Source of the DNA: Podarcis bocagei
Lineage: Eukaryota
DNA: 64,000 bases
Reading direction: 5' to 3' (one strand)
NCBI GenBank assembly: GCA_964188305.1
Contig: OZ076889.1
Notes under the pieces: generated by a model
What the model saw: only the letters and a program-made list of their open reading frames with translations
The model's database searches: none
What the model was told of the DNA's origin: nothing
Shown here: positions 25,585-37,859 of the stretch, in pieces
How the letters are laid out: each line of letters begins with the position of its first letter
Position numbering within the stretch: position 1 is the stretch's first letter
Translations under genes and position numbers: made by a program

Positions 25585-26335
25585 TCAGGTGAATAACTAG
25601 CAATGCAAATGCTGTTGAGAAGAAAGGTTGGTTTTTAGGGTCACCAGCTTAATTTTCCTCAGTAAAGGACTACAGGAAAGTAGCAGGTAAACCTGATCAG
25701 GAAGGTTTTAAACTAAAGCCTGAAGTTAAGTACCTCATCCTGGTACCACTACTGATGAAGGGACGGCTGCAAATATTCAATATAAAGGTAAGCATTAGAG
25801 AAAGAGATTTATATATTATAGGAGAAACTGCAGGAGGAGATGGCCGATCTGGGTGTATAGCAAAACACACAATAAAACAGCAGGAGACACATTGCAGCAG
25901 ATTATTTAAGGTTTTTTATGTCTATACACTACTGCACACAGCAGTAGTAGGAAATAAACAAGATGAGCTTGAACTGCTTGTAAAGCAAGGGAACTACGAC
26001 AATAGGTATTAATAGGACTTAGTGGGATGGCTCCCATGACTGAGATGTAGCAACTGAAAGATACAGCTTGTTAAAAGAGGACTGGCACAACCAAAAGGGA
26101 GGACGAGTAGCAGTTTGTGTCTGCACCTGCACAGAAAAGCAAGAAAGTGAATACAGTGGGTCTATGGAGATTATATGGGTAGAATGAAGTGGGAAATTAG
26201 CAAAAATAATACAGTGATGAAGTCTGCTACAGACTCCACAGCAATGTGATAAGTAACACATTACAGATGTTTCAGGAAAGGAGGAATTAGTAGTAATGGG
26301 GCACTACCTTGGTATCTGCTGTGGGGCAAACTCCG
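25585..26335 (+). mobile_element. CR1 LINE: end of ORF1 and ORF2 endonuclease remnant
   Basis: NLIRKVLN* marks the ORF1 end near 25690-25716. GNKQDELELLVKQGNYD, WDGSHD, KGGRVAVCV, IWV, VCYR and LVVMG are APE-endonuclease motifs, interrupted by frameshifts. Confidence 0.8.
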
Positions 26336-26337
26336 CT

Positions 26338-26700
26338 GTTTATTTATTAATTACAAATTATACTCTGCTTGATGTGGGGGGCCCACCCCAAAGCAGTTTA
26401 CAAACAGATAAAACAATAAAACAGAGAAAATTCACAACCATACCTTAAAACATACAAAAATTAAAATGCTAAAACAGATTTAATTACTTCAATTTTCTAA
26501 ACATATGGGTGGGCTTGTATAAACAAGAATGTTTATACCAAAAAGAATATGGTGAAGGCACCTGCTTGATCTCAATAGGCAGGGAGTTCCGAAGTGCAGC
26601 TGATGCCAAACTAAATGATAAGAGTTCTTACAAATGAGGAAGAGGCATTATGTGGTAGCTGTAGTAGTGCCAATTCCACTGATCAAAGCAGTTGAGTGGA
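26338..26700 (-). mobile_element. L2 LINE 3' fragment inserted between CR1 pieces
   Basis: tttatttatt tail, an A-rich UTR, and gaaggcacctgcttgatctcaataggcagggagttcc, typical of a reversed L2 3' region. Confidence 0.6.
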
Positions 26701-26704
26701 GATT

Positions 26705-27030
26705 GTAAGGAGGCATAATAGCAATCTTCAAATATCTAATGGGTTGTCACATGTAACAAGCTTCTTTTCTCCTGCTCCAGAGGCTAGGACCCAAACTAAT
26801 GGCTTCAAGTTACAATAAAGGAGATTCTGACTAAACATCAAGAATAACTTTCAGACAGTAAGAGGTTTTCGGCAGTGGAATGGACACCTATGAGTGGTAG
26901 TGGGCTCTCCTTCCTTGGAGGTTTCTCAGCAGAGGTTGGGTGGCCATCTGTCATGGATGATCTAGTTGAGATCATTGCAGGGGTTGGACTAGATGACCCT
27001 CAAGGTACCTTACAACTCTACAATCTGTGA
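26705..27030 (+). mobile_element. CR1 LINE 3' end (ORF2 C-terminus and 3' UTR)
   Basis: atcttcaaatatcta...aatggcttcaagttaca...tctccttccttggaggttt...ggttggactagatgaccctc...caactcta is a canonical CR1 3' end. Confidence 0.9.
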
Positions 27031-27399
27031 GCAGTTCAACAATGAAACTAACTAATCCTAAGATCTTCAAGCAGAGGTTGGACTGCAATCTGTTGGGGGT
27101 GGTTTAAGCTCAGGATTTTCAGAATCAAGGAGGGCATTGGACTAAATGAGCTAAGAAACTAGATTTCTAAGAGGTTGTTATGGACTACCAAAGGGCAGCC
27201 CAACGTACTAGCTTCCAGAACAAAGAACATTGCATGACAAGATATGTCATTCCTATAGTAAACAGCCCCAGCTTGCTGGCACACCCGGCAAGTGCATGAA
27301 CACACCCACACAGGCACAATCATACCTGTCCTTTTACATTAGACATGAAAGCCTGCCTGTGTCTCTCCAAACACAAACTCTATATACAGAATGAGGAGT

Positions 27400-27720
27400 T
27401 TGTAAAGATAAGAGGCTGCACCATGGCAGCTCCCCATGGGGCAGGCGGGTGGCCAGCTTGGTGGGAGTTAATTAGAATCTTGTCACTAAGTGAATGCGCC
27501 CTGCCTGGACTATGACAGATGCTCCCCTCTGACACTGGGGGCCAGGAGACAATCCACATCAAGCTACTGCAGGATGACCCTTTTAACACAAAGAGTAAAC
27601 TCACTGCACAGCAAGTTGAAGCTCATTAAAACTGTCTACTCTGTGAGCATCCCATTAACCTCCCTGTTAAAAACACGCAATCCCTCTTCTTCTTCTGCAG
27701 GCCTAATTAATGCTCAGGAT
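27400..27720. promoter_or_regulatory. Putative enhancer-like block containing copy B of the 54-bp module
   Basis: TTAATTAG, TGTCA, TGACAG, CATTAA twice and CTAATTAAT; 27466-27519 matches 23327-23380. Confidence 0.5.
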
Positions 27721-28529
27721 CAGGAACAATATAACACCCTAACCTTCCTAGATTTCCAATCAGTAAATGAAAAGAGAGAGGGGAAGCCAGAAAGATACAG
27801 ATGCATCACCTGCACTTCACACCATATTGGTGGTTGACCCTTTCAAATAGGTAGGCTTTCCCATGAGGCTTTCGTGAGTTAAGGGAGATGGCCTGTGCAT
27901 AGCCAGGGCAGTGTAATCAGGCTGCCATTTGCACTACATGCTTTGGTTGGGCAGCTTGTAAGGCATCTACATTCGATTTCCAAAATTGTTCTGCATGCTA
28001 GGGTATATGTGTGCACACATGCAGTTCGCAATTCCTTCCCACACTCCAAACAGCCCCATAGTCAGTTCATGGGTGCTAGCTTTTTGATTCATGCAGCAAT
28101 GAGTAGATTAGGCTACTGCATATGCACTAACTAGGGGTTTGCTGGGAAAGAAGTCAAGACAGAAAGGAAGGAAAACAAGTAGTCCTTGGCAAATCATCAG
28201 TAGAGTTGTCTAACCAGTGTTCAGCACTTGCTGAACAATGAAGGCGAAGAGGCTCCCTCAGATCTCAGCCCACTCCATTGTAGGGTGTGTAAAGGAAAAA
28301 CAAACAAACAAAACTGCTACTTCATGGCAACTCGGCCTAGAGGCCAGCATACAACTATAACTGCAGGGTCCTTCTTCGATCCTTTACCAAGGAAGGGAAA
28401 GCAAAGGAACTCCATGCCACTACAGGGAAGCTAAGTAAACCATGCACAGCCAGAAGCTTGAGGTGACTTGTATGGGAGAAGCTGCTCCCCAAAATACACT
28501 AGGCACAAACCATTTGGGCTTTTATAGCC

Positions 28530-28880
28530 ACCACTTTAAATCAGGCCTGAAAGATAATTTGCAGCCAAGAAACTGAGGAAGAATTGCCTTAATATATTCT
28601 CTGTGCCCATTTCTCAGAAAGCTCACCAAAGAATTCTGTGCGTGATAAGAGTTTCCAAATCATTGTCAAGGACAGTCCTGTGTAGACTGAACATTACAAT
28701 ACTTTATCTGAGAGGTTACCAAAGAATGGAGCAGAGTGAGGACAGGTATGTCTCCCAGGCTCCCTCAGCCACTGTATCAGAGGAAGAAAGTGAGAGATTG
28801 CATCCAGAACATGTGATTCTCCACTATAACAGACTGCCAACCATCACACCTGTTGCCTAGATTCAGTCTAGCATCCATCC
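28530..28880 (-). mobile_element. Degraded L2 LINE RT fragment
   Basis: acattacaatactttatctgagaggttaccaaagaatgg is a decayed reverse complement of the L2 HALVTSRLDYCN motif. Confidence 0.6.
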
Positions 28881-31800
28881 AGCCCAGAATGTGCTGCTGC
28901 TCCTTGATCTGATGAAGAAGAGCAACAACAGAGCTGAATCTAATCAGAATATCTGATTTGAAGTTTGCTTCATCTCTAGTGAGACTACCTGCCAGTCAAC
29001 CCCTCTTTCACTATTTCTATTGGGGCTCCTGGCCTCCCCAACTGAAGTGCTTGCTTTTGAACTGAAGTGTTCTAGACCAAACTCACATGACATTACACCA
29101 TTTGTGGCAAGTAACACTTACTAAAGTCACTGTCAAGAATTTGGAAATCACATATTTCAGGAATATTTTTCTATATAAATGTGCAATAGTTACTGAATAG
29201 GTCCAGAGAAAAAAACACATTACTGTCTTCCAGTAATGGAAAATATTTATTAATTTTAAAACTACACTTGACACACATTGTTAGGGTCTACACAAACTGT
29301 AAAAGAGCCACGACAAGCTTGAATGAATCACAACTCCGAAAGCTGCTTTACCATTGTTTGCAAAATGGAGTATGTTTGGGAGAGTAGGGAGACATACTTG
29401 GCACAATACTACAGTGAGAAGGAAAACTTCCCTTGTTAAAATGAGAAGTCAGGCTCGACAACCTTACTCAAGGGCTAACTGCTGGGCTCAGAGCAGATAT
29501 GGCGCAGTGTTTAACCTCAGCGCTACAACCTCAGATGGCATGCAAGTGCATCACACCAAAAGCAGCAGCAGTAGCAGCATGTGCTCCCACCTCAAGGCTG
29601 TTTAACTGAAATGAAGAAGCAAGAGCCCCTGGAAAGAAAAGTCAGTCAAGAAGATTGGGGAAAATAAACCACTATTGTGCACTGCTATCCAGCAGGGCAA
29701 AGCCAACTAATGACAGTCCGATAAATGTACAAGGTAATTAAAGGAAGTGACAGATTATATTCTAGGGATGTTTGTTGCTTTAGTGTGGTAAGAGGAGACA
29801 CTATAAACACTCCTATAAAACACAGAGAGGAGATGAATGGTTCTAAGGGGTCCCTAGCAACAACATGAAACAGGTTTTGCATCAGGCTCCCCCTCCAGCC
29901 CAATTTGTGGGCTTTTCCTACAGCATACATATATTGCTGAAATGAATTTACACTCAGGCACAGAAGCAAAATTTCAATGCTACATCCTATCAATGAAGCA
30001 ACCAGATCCATAGTTCAAAAGGAGCTTGCTAATTAAAAGCTGGTAAGCTTTAAATAATTCATCTCCTTAACTCATATTGATTTGGTAGTTTAGTGGTTAG
30101 GATCTTGAAACAATATTAAACAGCTTCCTCCAGGCTCGGGTGGTGGGTAACTTTCTCACATAAGTCTCTCACCCTAGGAAATGTAAATGCACAACAGCAA
30201 GAAGCAGACAGAGGTGGACACGCCTAGGCAAGGGCAAAGGAAAGGAGAAATGCAGCTAGTCAGATTAAAAGGTCAGACATTTGAAGGGTTTTACATAAAG
30301 AACAGGAAACAATGAACAGGTTGTATCAATATCCCTCAATCTGAGAGCTTTTCATATTTTCCTGGACTGGCACGACACACAGGTTCCTAAAGAACAAACC
30401 CTCTAGTAATTCTCCCAGGCACAGGACAAGGAAGCACAAGATATATATTGGTCCATACCAGCTAGGACTGTCACATTAGAGATTTTAGGACTTTTGGGCA
30501 AAGGCTCAGAGAAGTACAGCAAAAGCTGAAGAGAAGTACAGTCTATACTCTCCTAGATGTATGCTAGCAGGACTGACAAACAGCCAGCTCTCCAAAACTT
30601 GTTGGATCCAGAAGGTGGGATGATCATGGCTAAAACACACACACTTGAATAGAAAAATGGATTCTAAAATCAGTGGCCAAGTGAGGGGTGGTTTGGCATG
30701 ACCTCAGGAAGGACCCTACCATGATGATCTGGCAAAGCCCCACTATGGGGGAAGGAAGACAAAGGCATTGCACTTCTGAGGCATCATGTTCACCGTTGCC
30801 ACTCAAATGCAGCAGCAAGTGTCAAGTGGCTTAGAAACATATATAGAGGTAATGGATCTGGATGCTAGACTGACAAAAGATAAACGATATCAAAGTGGAG
30901 CATGCTTATTTCTCTACTACCAGCTCCTTTGGGATCCAGCATCCTTTTGTATTCCAGAGGTAGTGGCAGCCCTAAACCTATATGCTCAGGTTTTTGCCAC
31001 ACCAAAGACAGTGATAAGCTGCCTTCCACAGATAAGAGAGCCACACATCCTTGGGAACTGCAGATGAGCCTGCCACTATACACTATTCCACAAACAGAGA
31101 AAAATAAACCTGGACTGGAGTGAGAGAAGGAAGTCATGCTACTGACCTATCCCACTGTGAGGCCTTCCTATGTGCTGTAGGTTCAGGCCTTTGTTCATGT
31201 CTAAGAGTCCATTCTTTGGCCAGCTCCCCATGGCAAAGCTGTATGCCTGCAAAAGAAAAAGGAAAAAGACATTTTAGATAATTGTACAACAAGAGGATGG
31301 CTGAGTATCACAAGGCCAGACCCTACTGAAGCATTGTAAAAAGTTACATAGTACCTTTAGGCCCTCTCTTGCTGATATTTGGCTGATTACTCAGACAGAA
31401 CACACAATATGATCTGCCCAGTGCTTTTACTTTGGGCTTTCCATCTCCACATAATTCTGCAAATATAAATTCTTACTCTCTTGTCTCAAGCTTTCCTTCT
31501 ATCTCTCGCAACTTAGTGGAGATATTGTTGACTTGCTGTCTTAGTTTATTCCAGGTCCCACAACACAAAATGCCAAGTTCTCCACATTTTCTGCAAACAG
31601 AATGTTGAAAATTGAATTAAGCAAATTTTCATTGACCATTTCCACTAATAAATCAATCAGATTTGATTTGTTGTACATAAACACCATTTACCATCAGCAA
31701 CATTGCCAATAACTCATTCAGAACTGTGCCACCCACACTGATTAAAGTACTCCAGCCTTAGCAGATGCCAACAGGAAAGTAGAAAAATATAATGCCAAGC

Positions 31801-32356
31801 AACAGTCATAGAAAAAAAAAAGCAAACGCATAAAGCAGGTGACGAGGTATGCAAAGATTAAATATGACATTCCCCTAAGCTGCATGGAGTATCCCTCTCA
31901 GAACCCTCTGAAATCTTTATCAGTCACTCTTGCATCTTTTCAGATTTTTCTCTGCACCATGTGGGCAACACACATTTTAAAATTAAACCTCAGAGTCTAT
32001 CTGACATACCTCCTGTGTCACCTCATTCCTTCTGCTCCAGAGACAGATGAAAGCCTTTTTCTTATTAATTTACAACCATGTGAAATTTTACTAATCAAAA
32101 TATAATCAGGTTAGGTTCTAAAGTCCATTATTAAATTGGGTGGGGAGCTGGGAGAGAGAATTTGCCTGCTGGTGGAAGCCACCTAGAAGAAACCCCAATT
32201 ATTTGTTTTCCAATAATGAGAATAAGCTTTTGACTCCCGAACCAACTATGACATTGTTAGTCCGAGATCCCAAAGGCACCCACAAACGTTTCTGACTAAA
32301 CAATGTAATTGATGTTCTACCAATACAAAGGGATTCTGCCCCGGAGCCTCTAAAGC

Positions 32357-32490
32357 CAGCCTTTCTCAACCTGATGCCTTCCAAATGTCATGGACTGCAA
32401 CTCCCACCAGCCCCAGCAAGCATGAGCAATGGTCAGGGATTATGGGAGCTGCAGTCCAGTATATCTGAAGGGCACCAGGCTGAGGAAACT
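32357..32490. mobile_element. Short quasi-palindromic hAT-like MITE (lizard family)
   Basis: cagcctttctcaacc...ggactgcaactccc...gggagctgcagtcc...ggctgaggaaa; related pieces near 50350-50410, 51315-51440 and 62260-62372. Confidence 0.7.
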
Positions 32491-34544
32491 TTGCACTCTT
32501 TCTCATGCTCCTATATGTTTGATCTCTAGCCATAATGTTTAGGGACTTGCAGCTCTGTCCGAACCTGATTACTTTTGTATTGCAGTCTACAAGAGTTATC
32601 CAAAGATGCTATGTGGATTTCCATTTCAACAGCTAAGTTGAGAGACCACTCCATACAATGCACTGTAACCACTTTGAAGAAGGTTGGATAGAAGCATAGT
32701 AAGAACAATAAACTCTGGAACTCGTCATCAGTCATTCCCCCCCCCCCGCCGCTGCCGCGCTCTGCCTTGAGCTTAACATATTTAAGGAGATATTTGAATG
32801 CATTAGTTAAGCAATAGTTATTTTTCTATTTGCTTGAATCCCTCAAACAACTTTAGGGATTGCAGGTTTTTGTTATAAAGATATTATTTTTGGCTCAGCT
32901 ATTCTAAGTTTAATTATGCCTAAAAATAAACAATGCTTAGTGCTATAATATGAATATGAATCTAAGCCGTTGGGTGAGGAAACTGATCATGTCCTCAGCT
33001 AAATACTGTTAAAGAAAATAAGGTTTAAACCAAATGCTTGTTATTTCTCCAGGTATCCATTAAGGCAAAGTTTCTAATTAATAGATGACAGGGACAATGT
33101 TCTTTTGGAAAGAAGGGTCCAGCATAACAACTTGTGAGTAGAGTTCCATTTAGGGCTCCATTTTGACTCTCAACCAGCTTGTGCAAGTTTAGTTTGGGTA
33201 ACTGGCTCTTGGCAGCCACTGTCCCTTCCTTCATTCCTGAACTGAGATTCCAAGAGTCCCTTCTTTGAGGCCCAGGAGATAACACTGCTGTTTGCCATCT
33301 GCTCTTTCCAACTCACTCTGTCTCATCATGCAGCAATTGTCAACAGCACTTCTAGCACATATTAGACCACAAGGCAAGGCATTCACTGTTCACATCACTG
33401 AACTGTCCAGGTGCTATACTTGAATAGCTTGGGAACCATGTGCTGCTCCAAGGCTATATTTCAGCTAACCCTACAATAATTATAGAGGAATATTTGTTCA
33501 TGAGCAGAAGCTTGAATACCCAGGGTTTATCTGGAGCAAGGGAAACACCTTACTGGAACAAACTTGATGGAAGAGGATCCTAGACTAGTTCGCAGAGGGA
33601 CAAGGTATAAAAGAAATGAGCAAATTTAAGCGTGCAATGTGGAAAAGTGCACTAACAGCTGCACAAAGCCTCGGGGCCTTAAAACACCACAATAATTATG
33701 ATCTGACAGCAGCATAACTTCTCCATCACAAGGTATTACAGAAGCTGTGTCATTGTGAGATATTAATGGTGCAAGGCTTAGCTATACTTAAGTGCTGGGC
33801 TGCCATGTGAGCCATTGTTCCCAGACAAGATCATGTCAATCCACAGAATATATCACCGCCACGTCCACTTTATCTCAGCTACCCCAGAAATAGGCAGAAC
33901 AGGGATCTTAACAGAGTTAGCAGCTATCCTTTTCCTTACCTGGCTAACCACAACTTCGAGAAGATAACAGCCACAGTAGTGTCTGAGGACTGTTACACTG
34001 GAAGGGGGGAATCAAGCCCAACTTTGCTCCTGTAATCACTAAAGTATTTACTGGGTCAGCTTGTGGGGGAACCCATACCTACTATACTGTTAAGTGTTTA
34101 AAAATTACTCACTGGGGAATCTTCATCTAATACAAAACGGTCTCACACTAGTTCAAAATGCTCCTCTATCTGCAGGTGCCCAAATACGCACAATTTCCAC
34201 CTTTCTGATATGCAGAGAATTACATTTTTCTAAGAGGGACACAGAGGGACCAATTTCATTTAATATTTGCTTTCAGATATCTTTCAGCATAGTATGTACT
34301 GTATTTCATTTTCTTCTATTAGCTTTTTCTAAGCCTTCAGAGAAACTTTAGATCAAAATAAAAGCGAACAAAGAGTGCAACATCATTAAAATCAACCTCC
34401 TTACATTTGGTATCCTCAAATCTTCTGGTAACACTGATTTCCTTACAAAAGGGATCCAAGGTACTATCTGGGAACTTAAGATTTCTTAGCCTAGGACTGT
34501 TGAACACACAGAAGAACAAGCCTTAGTGTACAATTCTGCCCCCT

Positions 34545-34935
34545 GTCAAGCAGTGACAGAGCTTAATGTGCTCTATGGGGAGCTGGCTTTGGGCACTAGG
34601 CCTGGTGGCAGACAACCGCTGCATTATAAAGATGTCTCCAAATGTGACATGAAAGCTAGCAACATTAACCCCACCATGTGGCAATTCCTTGCAGATGACC
34701 ACAGTGCTTGGAAGCAATCCGTCAGGTTGCATATCCACAGCAGTGACCAGAGGAGGAATGACTGCTGGGATGAGCACATAGACAAGAAATGTCATGGTGG
34801 AAGCCTTCATCTGCCCCAGCTGCAGTAAAATATGTCTCTCCCTTATTGGTCTCTACAGCCACAGTAGTTCCTGTAATTCGCCAATGGTTTGACTTAACCC
34901 CCAATGGCCCACTCTTGCAAGACAGACGGATGGCA
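34545..34935 (+). mobile_element. RTE-clade LINE 3' fragment
   Basis: ORF 34526..34828 encodes VLYGELALGTRPGGRQPLHYKDVSKCDMK...W..LADDHSAWKQ, the RTE ORF C-terminal motif LYGEL..G.R..GR...RYKD..K. The 3' end reads gacagacggatggcaaca. Confidence 0.85.
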
Positions 34936-35004
34936 ACAAAATTAACCTCCACTGTACACAGTTCACTGAAAACTCCAACTCCACATGCAGTGCAGAGTGG
35001 AGAA

Positions 35005-35530
35005 CTCTACATATCCAAATGGAATGTGTAGAGTTCTGTACATCCCATCTGAAAAACACAGAAAAAACTGCAACAAAAATGATCAAGTGCTGGAGCACAT
35101 TCTCTATTAGTAAAGCCTTTGGAGCTTTTTAGTTCAGAAAAAGGACAACTAAAGGGAGCCATGATAGGAGCTTTATAAGATTACTAATGACACAGAGAGG
35201 ATGGATAGAGATTTTTCTCTTTCTCTCTTAATATTAGGACTCAGGGTTGCCAAATGAAATTGATCAGCAGCAGATTCAGAGCAGACAAAACGAAGTACTA
35301 TCTCACCCAAAACAAAACTACCTTAGGCAATTTACTGGCATGGCATGTAGCAATGGCCACTACCATACATGGCTTTTAAAAAGGACTAGATAAATTCAGT
35401 GGAAGAACAGGTCTATCAAAAGCTATTTGTCATGGTAGCTAAGTGGAATCTCAATGTTTAGAGGCAGGGTACCTTGGAAGGCATACAGTGTGGGAAGACT
35501 CATGACTTCTAGGGGACTTCCCAGAGTCCT
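35005..35530 (+). mobile_element. Degraded CR1 LINE RT C-terminus and 3' region
   Basis: Decayed PHLEYCVQFW-type codons, then aaaatgatcaagtgctggagcac, ggagctttttagttcagaaaaaggacaactaaaggg and ggcttttaaaaaggactagataaattc. Confidence 0.7.
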
Positions 35531-35576
35531 CTGGAAGGTCACTATTAATATCATCTAGACTATTGACCAGTTAAAA

Positions 35577-35580
<4 letters not shown>

Positions 35581-35623
<43 letters not shown>
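35581..35623. repeat. (CA)n microsatellite
   Basis: Directly visible. Confidence 0.97.
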
Positions 35624-35627
<4 letters not shown>

Positions 35628-36204
35628 ATAAAAATAAAACTGTCTCAGTACAATTATTAAATATGGCTAAAGTGACCCTTGCCCATTTATCACCCTCCTA
35701 GTGGGTCCCCTGAAGGCGAACCTCCATTTGGTGTCATTCCTTTGATGACTAGCCGCCAGTGGTGACCCCTTACAAATAAGCCCAGCAGTGAGTCAGAAAC
35801 ACAGAAGTCAGCCCTTATTGGGTGGGGCAGATCCTTACTAAGATGCTGGCTTTGATAGGCTCTTGGTCTGATCTAGCAGATCAGTTCTAATTATCTTATT
35901 CCCATTTTAAGGGCATGCAAAGCTGACTGCTTTGGCACTCAAGTATTCTACTCACAGAAGTTTTTGGAAAAGCATCCTTTATGAGGCAGTCACTGCAAGG
36001 GAAGCAAGGAGTGAACACCCCAAGGAAAGCATTTACAGTCCCAATAGCCACACAGATACAGAGCTAGGAGACTCCTGCTGTACCACCTACAGCTCTCCTG
36101 ACTAGCAAACTCTCTCTTTCAAAGCCAGTGTATTTAAGGCCCCTCCCCACCAATCAGTGCCACTGCTGAGATGTCCCTGGAGTTCCATCACAGGGTTTTG
36201 GGTA

Positions 36205-36440
36205 GTTAATTTATTGCCACGTATGTAGCCATTTATGCTGCTTTGTTACTCCTGCCTTAGCAAAACACAGGGGCTCCACAGGTAATTAATAGACAACACT
36301 GCTAATCCTATTGGGAGATGATTAGCAATTAAAACTCCTAATTAAGTCTATGCATAATTCACTGAAATTACATCCCTGTGTACACAATAGAGAGGTTTCC
36401 TTCGCCTTTGACAAATACGCACTGATATCTTTATTACTCA
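36205..36440. promoter_or_regulatory. Homeodomain-site-dense putative enhancer
   Basis: GTTAATTTAT, GGTAATTAAT, GCTAATCC, GATTAGCAATTAA, CCTAATTAAG, CATAATT and AATTAC within about 170 bp. Inference only. Confidence 0.4.
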
Positions 36441-37859
36441 TTCAAATCACTCTGGCCCAGGATCTGGTCTATTACCCACAAGGGAGACTGAACTTCTGGT
36501 TTTCTTCCTCTTCTGTTGAGCTGTACTTCATCCCTCCATCCCCTGCCATGCAGCAAGAAACTTCTCTTTTTTATTATTTGGATGGGGGGAGCTGTTCCAC
36601 CATAATACCAGGAGGGAAAAGCAGCTCAGCTCTTTTTAAATAGGCACAGTGGTGCCCCCTCCTGGCTTTAACTTATATTTGGAAGGTGCCAGAAAGGAAA
36701 GTCGTGCAAGCAAGTTAGTGGAAGATACATTGGAAAATGTAATCTTCAACAAAGGGGCAGAAAGCTTAGCCAAGAAGGTGAAATGGTAGAACTCTCTCAG
36801 CCTCATCCAAGAAGCAGCCAGCAAAATTAGGCTCCACTTGCTAACTACTGTGCAAAAGTTACCAAGAATTTGAGACTCAGAAGCACTTCACACATTACAC
36901 TTTGCTTATATAGTTCTGCATACTTCTGTGTATGGAATATCACACACAAAATGTATACACTATAAAGAATACAAGTGTCTATTTCACTGCATGTTTCCTT
37001 CATGCATGTTCTTCACAAATGATCATATAGATGTTTTATAATAATACTTCTTCCTACACATAAAGGCAAATTGCCTCGCTCTCTGTATGGCATGGGTGCA
37101 TCCATACTTTGCTGGACTAATTGCATCACATGAAAAAAGACGTGGTATAAATGTGATGTATAGGAAATTGTGCTAATCTGAAATGGAAGCCTCATCTCTA
37201 CATTGCATAGAATAATGCAGTAATGAAGAGGTAAAATGGACTATCCCACTTTAAGTTGTAGACAGGGGAGCATTCAAAAATGTGATCTGTGTAAAAGCAC
37301 CACCTCCCTGCAAGCGGAAAAGTAGCAAATCAGGAAAAGTAGTTTTCCCTGATGTGCTAGTTCCTTTAGTTAAATGAAGAGGTGCTTTTGTTCACATGGA
37401 AGAGCATTCAAAAACTGAATCTCCTAATTGTGGTTTGACATACTGCAAGTACCCTCTGCCACCTCAGGATTCTAACACCTTGTTCAGTTGTGTCCTACAC
37501 ACGTGTGTGCATATTCACACATGTGGCCTAAGAAACAAGCGCATTAAATGACCCTGAACCTTAATGAACAGAAATTGTCACCTAAACAAAATCCAGGCTG
37601 ACACCAGAGGGTGTCAAACCCTGTTGATAGCAGCTCACTGAGGCTCCAGGTCAAGATTTCCCCCAGGTCCCATAACAGGAATTGCTGGGTGTTGGGCCTG
37701 GATCCTCATATAGATAAAGCATGTACAATACAGCCCCACTTCACATTCTCTAGGTCTATCAGCTTATATGGAACAGCCAGTCTTCTAAGGCTTACATCTG
37801 AGCCCCGAAGTCAGGATCAGGACCACAACTGGGCTTTTCTTTGCATCACATTCTGCTTT

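Noticed and set aside
23327-27519. CRISPR-like array or RNA docking/selector pairing as an explanation for the 54-bp pair
   Set aside because: There are only two direct copies 4.1 kb apart in eukaryotic DNA, and I found no reverse-complement partner in the window by eye.
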